From the NCBI RefSeq assembly GCF_964213995.1, contig NC_135808.1:22878001-22942000 (forward strand): 64,000 bases of DNA. The letters run 5' to 3'. The position numbers were made by a program, and so were the translations under genes. The stretch is from Mustelus asterias. Lineage: Eukaryota. A model generated the notes under the pieces. That model saw only the letters and a program-made list of their open reading frames with translations. It did no database searches and had not been told where the DNA came from. Shown here in pieces: positions 47,601-61,149 of this stretch; within the stretch, counting starts at the first letter, position 1, and every line of letters begins with the position of its first letter.

Positions 47601-47689
47601 GGAATCATTTGGAGGAAACTCTTATTCAAAGAATGGCCATTTCCTCAACTCACTCCTTCTGTCTTTTCCTGTTCACACTGAGCCTCAAT

Positions 47690-47778
47690 CTGATTGGACA
47701 CAAAATAGGATTGAACCAATCAGAATAAAGAGATTCAGTGAGTCATCAGTTTCCAGCAGAATAGACACAAACAGGATG
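47690..47778 (-). promoter_or_regulatory. Gene B proximal promoter: intact S-X1-X2-Y-like module plus CCAAT
   Basis: Minus strand reads CATCCT-16nt-CTGGAAACTGATG-ACTCA...-CTGATTGG (47716-47723). The 20 nt between GATG and the Y box match the canonical MHC X-Y spacing. Confidence 0.78.
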
Positions 47779-48276
47779 AGGAACTTCCTCAATGTTGAGA
47801 ATTGTCCAATCGGCTAAATAAAGTTGGTTATCTCACGGTGGCACAGTGATTAGCACTGCTGCCTCACAGTGCCAGGGACCCGGGTTCAATTCCAGTCTTG
47901 GGTCACTCTCTGTGGGTAACTGTCTGGGTGCCCCAGTTTCCTCCCACACTCCCAAAATGGGTGGGTTAGGTGAATATGCCATACCAAATTGCCCTTTAGT
48001 GTCCAAGATGTGTGCATCAGGGGATTAGCCATGGTAAATACGTAGAGCTCCAGTGGTAGGGCCAGGGTGAAGGTGCTTTGTGTTAAAGTTGGTGCTGACT
48101 CCATGGGCTGAATGGGCTCCTTCTATGATGCTGACTTCATCAGCGATCCGAGTGAATGAGCTGAAAGGAGTTTGATAGAGGGACAGAGGGAAGGACATTT
48201 GAGCTAACCATTCAATTAGATCACCGCTGATCTGAACTCCAGTTTCTGACAATATCCCATATCCTTAGATATCATT

Positions 48277-48846
48277 ATCAATGCTGCAACTGTACAGGAC
48301 CTTGGTGAGACCACATTTGGAATATTGTGTGCGGTTCTGGTCACCTCACTATAAGAAGGATGTGGAGACACTGGAAAGAGTGCAAAGGAGATTTACCAGG
48401 ATGCTGCCTGGTTTGGAGGGTAGGTCTTATGAGGAAAGGTTGAGGGAACTTGGGCTTTTCTCTTTGGAGCGGAGGAGGTTGAGAGGAGACTTGATAGAGG
48501 TTTATAAGATGATGAGGGGGATAGATAGAGTGAACGTTCAAAGACTATTTCCTCGGGTGAATGGAGTGGTAACTAGGGGGCATAACTATAGGTTTCATGG
48601 TGGGAGATATAGGAAGGATGTCCGAGGTAGGTTTTTTACTCAGAGAGTGGTTGGGGTGTGGAATGGACTGCCTGCAGGGATAGTGGAGTCAGAAACTTTA
48701 GGAACATTTAAGAAGCTATTGGATAGGCACATGGAGTACTTCGGGATGATAGGGAGGAAATAGCTTGATTTGGGTTTCAGACAAAACTCGGCACAACATC
48801 ATGGGCCGAAGGGCCTGTTCTGTGCTATACTGTTCTATGTTCTATG
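48277..48846 (+). mobile_element. CR1 3' fragment specific to the gene B upstream region
   Basis: LYRTLVRPHLEYC motif and TTCTATG tail. Empty site at about 26002. Confidence 0.9.
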
Positions 48847-51800
48847 ACCCAATAAAAATCTCTCACTCTTACATTTTAAAGCTCCAATTGTTCACAATTT
48901 TTGATGGAGAGACTGGATGTGGATTCCAGACTACTGAATCATTTTAACATTATAAAAAGATCTCCCCTCAAAATTCTAAACTCTCTGGAATAAGAAACAA
49001 GTTTATTCAACCCTTCAAACTTCATCCTTTAGTTTAAAAACCCGATCCTCTAAAGTGCATCTCCACACAGAGATCCTTTATTGTCCATTGTCAGTGTTGT
49101 GGAGTTGGGGGTAATATTTTTGCATGAATAGAGGATTGGTTAAGAAGAACATAAGAACAAGGAGCAGGAATAGGCCATCTGGCTCCTCGAGCCTGCTCCA
49201 CCATTCAATAAGATCATGGCTGCTCTTTTTGTGGACTCAGCTCCAGTTACCCACCTGCTACCGTAACTCTTTGACAAAGGGCTTTGACAAAGGGTCATCT
49301 GGACTCGAAACATCAACTCTCTTTTCTCTCCTTACAGGTGCTGCCAGACCGACTGAGATTTTCCAGTGTTTTCTCTTTTGGCACTATAACCCTGAATTCC
49401 TTTACTGTTCAAAAATGTATCTATCCTTGCCTTAAAAACATTCAATGAGGTATCCTCAACTGCTTCATTGTGCAGGGAATTCCACAGATTCACAACCATT
49501 TGGGTGAAGAAGTTCCTCCTCAACTCAGTCCTAAATCTGCTCCATCCTATTTTGAGGCCATTCACCCCCACTCTTTGTTTTCTGTTAGTTTACCAATCCT
49601 CTATCCATGCTAATACATTATCCATTACACCGTGCACCTTTATCTTATGCAGCAGCATTTGGTGCGGCACTTTGTCAAATGCCTTCTGGAAATCAAGATC
49701 CACCACATCCACAGGTTCCCCATTGTCCACTGCGCATGTTCTGTCCTCAAAGAATTCCACCAAATTAGTTAAACATGACCTGCCCTTCATGAACTCATGC
49801 TGCATCTACCCAATGGGGTAATTTAATCCAGATGTCAAATAGACAAGAAACATTGATTTGGCATAAATGGGCCATTTTCAAGTTGGCCGGCTCTGGCTAG
49901 TGGAGTGTCACTAGGATCAGTGCTCGGACAATCAGCCATTTACAATCTACATTCATGACTCAGACCAAGAAGACGGGTGTAGTGTAACTAAACTTGCAGC
50001 AGCTGCAAAGCTAGCTGGAAATGAGGAAGGATTAAGTTGGTTAGGATTGTATTCATTGGAGTCTAGAAGAATGAGGAGGATTGCACAGAAACCTATAAAA
50101 TTCAAAGAGGCCTCTACAAGGTAGATCCAGGAAGGATGTTCCCAATGATGGGGGAGTCCAAAACCAGGGTTTGTTGTCTGAGGATACAAGGTAAACCATT
50201 GAGGACTGAGATGAGGAGAAATTTCTTCACCCAGAGAGTGGTAAGCCTATGGAATTCACTCTTGCAGGAAGCAGTTGGGGACAAAACATTGTATATTTAC
50301 TAGAAGCAGTTAGATATAGCATTTGGGGTGAAGGGGATCAAAGGATATGTGGGAAGGCTGGATTGAGTTGGAAAATCAGCCGTGATCATAATGAATGGCA
50401 GAGCAGGTTTTATGGGCTGAATGGCCTATTCCTCTTCCTATTTTCAGAGTTTCTATAAAATGCAAACTGTGTGGAGGAATAGAGAGCTGCAAAGAGATTT
50501 GGACAAGTTAAGCGAATGGGCTGCAAGGTGGCAGATTGAGTGTAACGTGGGTCAGTGTGGGGTTACACTGTGTCTCCTGCCAGCACAATATGGCCTTCTG
50601 CGCATTCACACTGGTCCATACAGACATCACTCTGATTAACCCAGCCTGCCAGAAGGCCTTTATATTGAAGTATGTCCATCCTTCAGTAACAGCATCCCAC
50701 TTTGTTATACTGTACAAGGGAGTAATAAAGAGAGGGCAGAGTGAGAGACAGAGTCAGAGTAAGTTGTGGCTGTGAGACACAGGTTGTAAAATAAAATATT
50801 GGTTCCAGGAAACCTTGCAAAGTCTGTTTTTTACTTTAAAATGTTCTATCAAAGAGACAGAAGATGCAATCACATCTCTTGGTGATATTGGAGACAAGCA
50901 CAGTATTAATCTAAAGTAAAGTTAAAGTTTATTTATTAGTCACAAGTAGGCTTACATTCACACTGCAATGAAGATACTGCGAAAGTCCCCCAGTCGCCAC
51001 ACTCCGGCACCTGTTCGGGTACACTGAGAGAGAATTCAGCATGGCCAATTCACCTGACCAGCATGTCTTTTGGACTGTAGGAGGAAACCAGAGCACCCGG
51101 AGTAAACCCACGCAGACACGGGGAGAATGTGCAAACTTCACACAGACAGTGACCCAATCCGGGAATCAAACCCAGGCCCCTGGCACTGTGAGGCAGCAGT
51201 GCGAGCCACTGTGCCTCATTCCACCCTAATTTCACACTCAACCTCTCTGAACTATTGTAATCTCTGCAGGTTTCAGACAGAAATGCTTTTTGAAATGAAT
51301 GATTTTGTGTTAGGGTATTTCTGAGACCAGGGCACATTTATTTACTGATTAATTCAGGTGTAATGAAGTGAGACAGTTTTATCTGTGGGCCCAGTGAGTG
51401 CACATTGCACAACACTTCTGTGTTTGAGGTGAAATGTTGCTTCCTACTTCACATGGTTAGAAATCACGAGAACTGCTCGTGTGTGGCAGAGAACAGAGTT
51501 GCTGGATGGGGGGTGGGGGAGGAGCTATTCAACTTTGCTAGCACAGATCGAAAAGTAGAACACTTATTAAAAATTAGAGACCTGTGTGTACTCCACAAGG
51601 AACAGACAAATTCTTCCAGGTCGAATCATAGAATCTCTCATGGATGAGAGGGGTGTGGAGGGATATGGTCCAAGTGCAGGTCAGTGGGACTAGGCAAAAA
51701 ATGGTTTGGCACAGACAAGAAAGGCCAAAAGGCCTGTTTCTGAGCTGTAATTTTCTATGGTCCTCTGCAGTGCAGAAAGAGGTCATTCAGCCCATCGATT

Positions 51801-54800
51801 CTCCAACAGAGCATCTTACCCAGTCCCTATATCCGTAGCCCCACATATTTACAGGGCTAATTCCCCGAACCAATACATCTTGGGACACTGAGGGGCAATT
51901 TAGCCTGGCCAATCCTAACCAGTGGGAGGAAACTGGATCACCCAGACGAAACCCACACAGACATGGGGAGAACGTGCAAACTCCACACAGACAGTCACCC
52001 TCGGCTAGAATTGAACCCTGGTCCCTGGCACTGTGGGGGGCAGCAATGCTAACCACTGGTGGTTACCATTACTAACACCACACCTGTAATTCTGTGTAGA
52101 TGTTTTCCAGGCAGATGGACAAAGTACGTTTCCTTCTCCGACTCTTGGAGCGATCGGGATTTTCAAATGAGGAAAAGTTGAGCAGGTTGGGATTTATTCA
52201 TTGGAGTTTAGAAAAATGAGAGGTAATCTCACTGAAACGTTAGATTCTGATCGGGATCGATAGGGTAGATACTGAAAGATTCTTTCTGTTAGTGAGCAAT
52301 AAAACATGAGAGCACAGCCTCAAGATAAGAAGTGAATCATTGAAGATGAGGAAAAATTTCTTCACTGAAAGGATTGTGAATCATTGGGATTCCCTACCCC
52401 AGGGAATTGTGGATGCATCATTACTGAAGATATTTAAAACAGACAGATTTGTGGTGTCTCAGGGAACAGAGGTGGACAGAGAGTAGGAGTGAAAATGGAG
52501 ATGAGGTAGAAAATGATGGGACAGGCGCAAGCGGATGAAGGGATTATTCCTTCTGTTATCTCTCATGTTCTTTACTGACTGAGGATTAATATCTAACCCT
52601 GGCACTTCCAACTCACAACTCATCACCCACAGAAATCACTGCACACAGAGGGACCAGCACGATCAGCACCTCTGTGATGTTGTCCCTCAGTGTGTGAGCT
52701 GTGTCCTGTATTAATACTGTCCCTCTCAGTGTGTGAGCTGTGTCCTGTATTAATACTGTCCCTCTCAGTCTGTGAGCTGTGTCCTGTACTGATACTGTCC
52801 CCCTCAGTGTGTGAGCTGTGTCCTGTATTAATACTGTCCCTGTCAGTGTCTGAGCTGTCTCCTGTACTGATACTGTCCCTCTCAGCGTGTGAGCTGTGTC
52901 CTGTACTGATACTGTCCCTCTCAGTGTATGAGCTGTGTCCTGTACTGATACTGTCCCTCTCAGTGTGTGAGCTCTGTGCTGTACTTGATTTGAAAAAGTG
53001 ATTAGCTGATCAGGCAGAGTAAAATTGAAAGGAAAAATGGTGCACAAAGAAACAGTATTTCGAGATTCGATGCTTGGATCAGCGTAGGGAAATTGGAATG
53101 TTTGGGAGAAAGTCGAAAGGAAGAAACAAATAGTGAGAGATCACGGAGATGTGAGACCAAAGATTAGATTATTGAATCAGGATGAAGAAATGGATCTCGC
53201 TGCTTTTCAGAAATGGGCCGTTGATGTCTGGTTGGTGGAATATCAGAAGTAGGTTAGAAAAAAGCAATTAAACACTGTCGCTGCAAGAGTGGGTCAGAGG
53301 CTGGGAATTTGGTGGAGAGTAACTCAGCTCCTCGGCAAAAGTGCTATTTAGGAAGTCGGTGCAGACTCGATGGGCCGAATGGCCTCCTTCTGCACTCCAA
53401 GGATTCCATGGTTGAGTTTACTCAGACAACAACTGAAGAGAGGGAGAGGGGAGGGGGAGATTGTTGATGTTCTGTGAATTCCGTGTTGAAGTTGGAAGAT
53501 TCTGGGTGAACTGAGGCAGTTTGATGCTGTTGTCCGGATTGTAACCGCGGGGAGACAGACCTGGGGCAATGCCATTGAGATGATGGAAAATGAGCTGCGG
53601 GATTGACTGTTGTCGGAAAGAGAGAAAGTTAAAATAAGTTTCAAATCAAAACCGTGACTGAAGCGGATCCTCGGCTTCCGGGTGGGAGAAATTAAACAGG
53701 AAAATTCCAGTGAAATAGAAATTAAAGTGAGTGAAAGGAAATTCAGATTGTGTCCCCAGAATCGAGAAAATAAAACAAGTTGCACTTTTTAGGTTGAGAA
53801 AGTTTATAAGTTTTGGAATTGAAACACACACGATTGGAAACTCCGCCCTCTGTTGTTTCAATGTAACAATCTTCAATGTTTCCTTTTTTGTTATTTGTGA
53901 AACGCGGTTTTCCCTTAATTTCAATAACAAACATTCGTGAAGAAAGAAGATGTGATGGAATTTATTTTATCCCCTTTTAAAAGGCACGTGCTCCGTTTGT
54001 CAGGTTGAAAAGATCCAGAGTGAAACTTGAAGTGCTGTGAGAAAGAATTGTGTGGACAGATGTGTGTGTGTAAACTCCCTGTTCGTGAATGAGGAAAGGC
54101 TGTGTGAATGCTCTGCATTGCTGTTCCTTCAGACCGGCTCCAACTTTGATGTGTTTTCCTGAAAATGGTTCGGTCTTAAAGAGGATAACAGTTTAAAAGT
54201 TTTGAAATTGGAAGCTTGTTACCGGCTACAATGAAACTCTGTTGAAGCTGGTGAAGCATGTGGATTTCTAATCCAGATACAAATTCACATCTGTCAGAGT
54301 GGAGTCGTTTTTTAAGCTTTGACGGTGTAATTTCGAATTGAGGAGCTGAATTTAAGGTGATTGTTGATGGATTATTCTTGTGTTTAAAATAGCCATAAAA
54401 ATCACCCTGGGGAACAATTGGGACTTTATCTTCTGATCTATTTTGCTCCAAGGTTTTTATTCGGAAATATCCAGTTTGAAATGGTGAATCCACAAGACTT
54501 GAAGAAATATCTTTGTTCTGCTGAAACCGCCATTACTCTGAGAACATTGTAACCCAGTCTCTTTTTGAAATCACAGTGACAGTGAATTCCTTCACCAAAC
54601 GTGTTCTGATTTAGAATTAACCCATTCAGTTCCGAGCAGGATGAGCCTTTTCTGTTTTATAAACTCACACACATCCGCACAGGTAACAATTGTGTCCAAA
54701 ACTGCAAAGTGTAACAATATTTCCAACAGTGACAAGAATTGGAAACTTAGCTGCAGATACCAATTTGTACAAAGACTTTGATATTTCAAAGATATTTGTG

Positions 54801-57800
54801 ATTTGCCAAGACAGAGTGCTTGGGAATGGGAGATCTTGACTTGAGCACACTATCCAATGGAGTTTTTGTTTCAGTATTTTATCAGTGTCACAAGTTGGCT
54901 TACATTAACACTGCAATTAAGTTCGTATGAAAATCCCCTAGTCGCCACACTCAGGCACCTGTTGCTGAGGGAGAATTTAGCATGGTCAATGCACCTCACC
55001 AGCACAACTTTTGGTCTGTGGGAGGAAACCCACACAGACACGGGCAGAACGTGCAGACTCCACACAGGCAGTGACCCAAGCCGGGAATCGAACCTGGGTC
55101 TTTGGTGCTGCCCCATTGCACTCACTTAAAGAAACATGAAAAAAGGGCAGAAGAAATTAGAATTCACAAATTCATCACATGTGAATTAATATTTTAAAAT
55201 GCTGAAGGAGAAATTTGCTGGGATTTAAAATACACTTTCGCTCCTTTCTATGAATGTTCAGAAGTAAACTATACATGGGGCTTTCTCAATTTGAGATGAT
55301 TTGAAAAATGTATCATTTAATCTTCTGCTGAAGTAATGAGATGTCACCGAAGATAAGGAGCAAACATGTTAGTGCCAGAAATCAAATTCAATGTCAAAAA
55401 ATTATATTTGACTGTCAACATTATCCAGGGCTCCCAGTTGAGATAGGATGAAAAATAATGGGATGTTTGTCCGAGGAGAGTGATTGAGAGAGAGATGTAG
55501 TGTTAGGAAACATACACACTGCACACATATTAGCATCATCATGGGTGTAATCTGGTATTGAGATATATTTTACAGAAAGGAAAAATGGTTTAGACTGGTA
55601 ATTTGCTGACTTACTCTTGGTGATGTTTGTGCCCTTGTATAGAGGAAGGTTTCTAACAGCTAATAAGATTTTTAGACAGAATGCGTTCTCTCAAAAGCAG
55701 AACACTAGTAAGGAGTTAAATGATTCTTACAACAAGCTGACAAGAATCGTTCACACATATGTGAATGCAGGAACAGAATCAAACAAGTAGTTATGATTTT
55801 AAAACATATATATTGATATTTTCGACGTATCTTAAATGTATTATTCACATCAGCCAAAGCGAGCTCCCGCAAGGTATGATGGCAAAGGCAAATATTTTAA
55901 AACTAAAGGCCTGGGAACCTAATAATTAGAAAAATTCATATCAGAAAGTTTCATAACTCAAACAATATTATGAATAAGGTTCAGTCACTGTCCACAGAAT
56001 AGATATGTTCCTAGACATGGGATCACATGTCTAGCCATCTTGGCAGTGAGCTGGTGGGAACATCCACTTTGACCTCTCCAGTAGTGTCTACCATAACCTG
56101 GCAACAGTGAAGTAGCTTTAGCCAAGAAGAGAGTGAGCATCCGGATTTAATGGACAAATGGGATACCATTATTCTGGAAGGCACAATGCAGTTGGCTGAG
56201 GTACTTGACAGAGATTTATATTGATGTGTATATACTAAATGTAATTGATTTTAATGTCAGGTGGGAATGATTGATAAGAAAAAACTATAATTGATCTGTT
56301 TTTGATTGTATATGCCAGATCTATTGAAGAGGTTTTGTCACTCTGCAACAGAGCTACTGAATCCTTTGGTGGTCTCCAGGCAGCTGCTTGTTTTTCTTTT
56401 AAATAAATGTTCTGTCTTTATACAGAGATATCTGCCTCGTGAGTTTTGCATTGTCGATAGTTTAAGATTGCACCGGTCATCTTGAAATACCCCACAACAC
56501 CTTGTCCATGATAGTTTGGTATAAAATGACAATTGATAGGCTGGTCATTATGAAAGGCCATGGGACCATGCAGTGGGGTGTAAGCAAAGACCCCACAACA
56601 GGACCCCTGTCTCCCCTTCCCTGCCACTCCCCCCCTCCCCATTGTCCAGAAATAATGTTGGGATCCGAATGCGAGAGTGACTGGATGAGTGTCATTCTGT
56701 TACGTGTGAAGTAGGAACTATACGATCAGTGAGGAGAAGCTTCAGTCTGAGTGAGACAGAGACCAAAGGAGTAAATTTGGGAATGTGGTTCCAAGTGGAA
56801 ATTTAACTCGGAAATCTTTTGCACGTTCAGTTTTCGAGTAAAGGTCAAATTCTGAACTAAAACCAGCAGCCTTCAAGTAAGTTAAATAGCCTAGCTGCCC
56901 CGGGCTGTCTGTCGGTGTGTATCTTCTGTGAAAACCATTGTTGGAAGGTGAAAACAGAAGTAGAAGTCAGCAAGCACACCCACAGTACCCCTGCAATGGC
57001 CAGTTTACAGACTCAACTCACAGCCTTACAGGCCACACCGCTACTCTCCGAACAGGCGGCACAGGGACACATCCACAGGCTGCACTGCACATTTGGCCAA
57101 ATCTAGAGAGATCTCCCCAGCAGACACCCCATCTCCTGGGTCTGGGCAGCACGATGGCGCAGTGGTTAGCACTGCTGCCCCACAGCGCCAGGGACCTGGA
57201 TTCAATCCCCGGCTTGGGCAACTGTCTGTGCCGAGTCTGCACGTTCTCCCCGTGTCTGCGTGGGTTTTCTCCGGGTGCTCTGGTTTCTTCCCACATTCCA
57301 AAAGTTGTGCTGTTGAGGTGCATTAGAAATGCTAAATTCTCCCTCAGTGTAACTGAACAGGCACTGGAGGATTTTCACAGTAACCTTCATTGCAACGTTA
57401 ACGTAAGTCTACTTGTGACACTAATAAATAAACTGGAAACTTTAACTTTTGTTCAGCACCCTCTCCCCCCCGCACCGCCCCCCCCCCCCCCCGCCCCCCC
57501 CCTCACCCCAACCATGTGCAAACCCCAAGGCAGCTCTGTCGAAGAGGATGCAGCAGTGGGGCAAGGCTACAGTGATACAGATAAAATGGGTACATGAACA
57601 TTGCACAGTCTTCATCTCGATCCTGCTGGGTCATTTCCAAAGGCATTTAAGAGACAACCACATTGCTGTGGGTCTGGAGTCACATGTAGGGCAGACCAGG
57701 TAAGGACAGCAGATTTCCTTCCTTCAAGGACATTAGTGAACAAGATGGGTTTTTACAACAGTCGGCAATGGCTTTGTGGTCATCATTAGACTTTATTTTT

Positions 57801-59239
57801 TATTGAGTTCAATTTCCATCCTCTACCATAATGGGATTCAACCCAGATTCCCAGAGCTTTATCCTGTGTCTCTGGATTCCTATCCAGTGACAATACCTCG
57901 ACACTGCCAGCAGCCCAAACTCCATGTGGAAGTACTGGGCATGTATCACACAGCTTGATGTGTGGTGGGATTATCAAAATCAGGAATCATTGTGATCCAG
58001 CGATAGAGATGTGCAAAGAACAGATTTAATCTTCACTAATAATCCTGTGTGGTAATTTTTTTCGAAAGTCCATATACAGAGATCCACCAAATGTTCCCAT
58101 CACCGTCTGTTACCATCGCTTGATGTGCATTTCTGACCTTGCAAAGGTCCTTCTGCTGTGAGAGCTGAGAGGACTGTCACTCAGCCTCTGCTGTTCTCAG
58201 CCAGCCTCTCTGGCCCAAACACAGCACCCCGTCCCCAGCTACTGTGGGGACCAGTGGCCGACCGTGACCCTCTTGCCTGCTTGCGCCGATCTACTCTTGC
58301 AACTTGCCCCACCTGCTCAGACAGATCGACTTCGCGACACCCCCTCCCACCACAATAGCCAGCCCGAACCCCCCCTCCCCTGCCATGGCCAGCCTGGAGC
58401 ATGCCCCTCCCTCCCCCACTGATCACTGTGGCACAGTGCACAGAGGTTCCCCCCAGCCCACTAGCACCAATCGGCTGCCCTGGCCTGGCCCCTCCCCAAT
58501 AGGCCTGCCCCCTCAGGCCCCACCTTCGTAGCATAGCCTGATACCCAGTTGGCAATGCCAGGGTGCTAGACTGGCACTGCCCAAGGGGCACCCTCCCTGC
58601 CAGCTACCCCTGGCGGAGAGCCACAAGGCCTCTATTTCTACCAGCGAGGCCGTTACATCTGGTCCCCATTGGTGGGGGCCAGCTGTGATTCTCGCTGGAG
58701 AGAATCTCTCCCGGTGAGGCCACAGAGGAAAGTGAACACAGACGATAACGTCCCAGGCTCGTGAACTCAATGCAAAAGATGTGTAAATTTTATTTAAATG
58801 ATTTATTCAGCCTTGCACCGGAAATGGATGCGAAGCTGACCTTGCCGGATGTCTGGTGTGGGTAAGATCGCAACAGGGGAGAAATCGGGCGTGAACCTGA
58901 TTTCTCAACTTGCTCACAATATTACCGACTCACCCCGACCATCAGCCAGTGGGGCACAAAGGGAAGATCACCTCCCTCGACAGGATAAACAGAGTGAAAG
59001 TGTTAATGATCATACAGAAGCTGCTATGAGAAAAACCACTGGCCTCTATTAAAGCTTCCCAGATAAGCGTCAAGGCCGAGACACAAGGAAGGAAAGCCTA
59101 GAATAGAGGTTCATTTATTAACAAAGGCTATTAGACTGAAAGAGTTCATTAAATTAGACATCTGGACATGGGAGAGGTATTTGATATCTACAAACCCAGA
59201 CTCAAGCTAGGATGTTACAGATAACTTGTAACAACATGA

Positions 59240-59556
59240 ATTCATAGAATCCCTACAGTGCAGAATGAGGCCATTTGGCCCATCGAGTCTGCACCAACCA
59301 CAATCCCACCAGGCCCTATTGCTGTAACCCCACATATTTATCCTGCTAATCCCCCTGACACGAGGGTCAATTTATCATGGCAATCAACCTAACCCGCATC
59401 TTTGGACTGTGGGCGGAAACCGGAGCACCCGGAGGAAACCCACACAGGCACAGGGAGAATGTGCAAACTCCACACAGACAGTGACCCGAGGCCGGAATTG
59501 AACCCTGGTCCTTGGTGCTGTGAGGCAGCAGTGCTAACCACTGTGCCACCGTGCTG
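59240..59556 (-). mobile_element. HE1-type SINE
   Basis: Full head and tail on the minus strand. Confidence 0.85.
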
Positions 59557-59624
59557 CCCCACTGTGCCACCTCTATTAGGTCAGCTAACATGATTAAATC
59601 TTCATGCTCATTGGATATTATAAT

Positions 59625-60507
59625 TGTTATAATCCAGGTCAGAAACTCCAAGGTATTTTATGAAGTCAGCCTGAACCATAAGTTTTACACTTTGAATTTG
59701 GCTGGGGGAAGCATGAGATGTTTCACTTCAGCTATAATTTAAATGACCCGCTAGGGAGCTTTAATCAAACAAAGTTTATTTAAGAATACAGTTAACAAAT
59801 AGAATGAAAATGTGCAATAACCTTTACTATTACAAACAAGAAAAAACACAACCATGATATTGTATAAACCTTAACAACGAAATACACTGTTCCAATACAA
59901 CAAACATCCTTATAAACACACACCTGCCTCAGGTTTAGCACAGAAAATAAGAATACTCACGCGGTTTTGCAGCTCAGCAACGCCTGCTGTGAATTAGTCC
60001 TTTGGATAGAATTGAAACTCTGGCGTCTCAGGCTTGTAACTTCCAGCAGACATTGAGGTAGAGATAAAGCCACTGCTGGCCTCTAACTATTAACCAGCAA
60101 ACCACTGACAGCAAGGTTTTCACTCCAGGAAGGCAAGAAAAACTGCTTCCAACAGAGCAGAATTTCTAATAACAGGGAGAGAGGCACGGAAATACCGCCT
60201 TTCAGTCTGAAGTCCAAACACCTTCCAACTAAAAAAGCAGCCAGCAGCCCAAACCACAAGTGAAATAACTCTTGTCACCTGACCTATCAATCATTCTTCC
60301 CTCTAACAATTGAAAAGGGTTGTAAACTCGTAAAGCTCCAGGACATCACAGTAGGCCCAGATTAAAAATAAACAAAACCCCATTTAAGCAGCAATAAAAG
60401 GACACCTAAGCACACAAGTTGGCAACAATGAAAAAAACACAGCTGCCTACAAACTGCAGAAAACATGATTTAAATAATACATTTCTTAAAGGCACAGTAA
60501 TGTCACA
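59625..60507 (-). mobile_element. Solo LTR (883 bp)
   Basis: Minus strand TGTGACA...TATAACA termini, 4-bp TSD TAAT at 59621-59624 and 60508-60511, and AATAAA at about 59780. Confidence 0.72.
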
Positions 60508-61149
60508 TAATTAAACAGGCATGCAACGGTGGTGATTGGTGTTTAACATTTGTATCATATGCATGTTGTAACCTGAATCAATAATTGTGAGTGGATAGAG
60601 ATAACTCCCATACCTTGATTGGTATGTTGGTTACTCGTAATCATATCTGAAAGTATAACTGCTTGTGCAATTCTGAATTCTGTACTCTGGCTGCCTTTCT
60701 GGGATCCTTGCATATCAAACAGATGTGTGACTTGGTTTGGCTACATCAAGGGAAAAAAGTTGTAACAACTTGAGAAGGCTGATCACCAAAAATCCCCACA
60801 ACACAGGGCAGATCAGAGTAGCTTAAACAGACAGAGCAATGCCTGAGAGCCCATCACCTCTAGAATCTGCACAGGGTAAACTAGGCAGATCAGAATAGCT
60901 TAAACAGTGCAGCTCCTGATACAGCAATGCCTGACAACCCATAACCTCTAGAATCAGTGCAGGGTAAACAATGAATCGCCTGATGAAGGAGCAGCGATAC
61001 AAAAGCTCGTGATCCCAAATAAACCTCTTGGACTTTAACTTGGTGTTGTGAGACTTCTTACTCCAGAATCTGTGCAGGGTAAACAGGTCAGGTCAGAACA
61101 GCTTCAAAAGTGCAGCTCCAGATAGAGCAATTCCTGACAAACTATTGCC

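Noticed and set aside
58150-58975. GC-rich segment with short ORFs, possibly a non-autonomous DNA transposon
   Set aside because: I could not define terminal inverted repeats or a TSD, and the ORFs are low-complexity.
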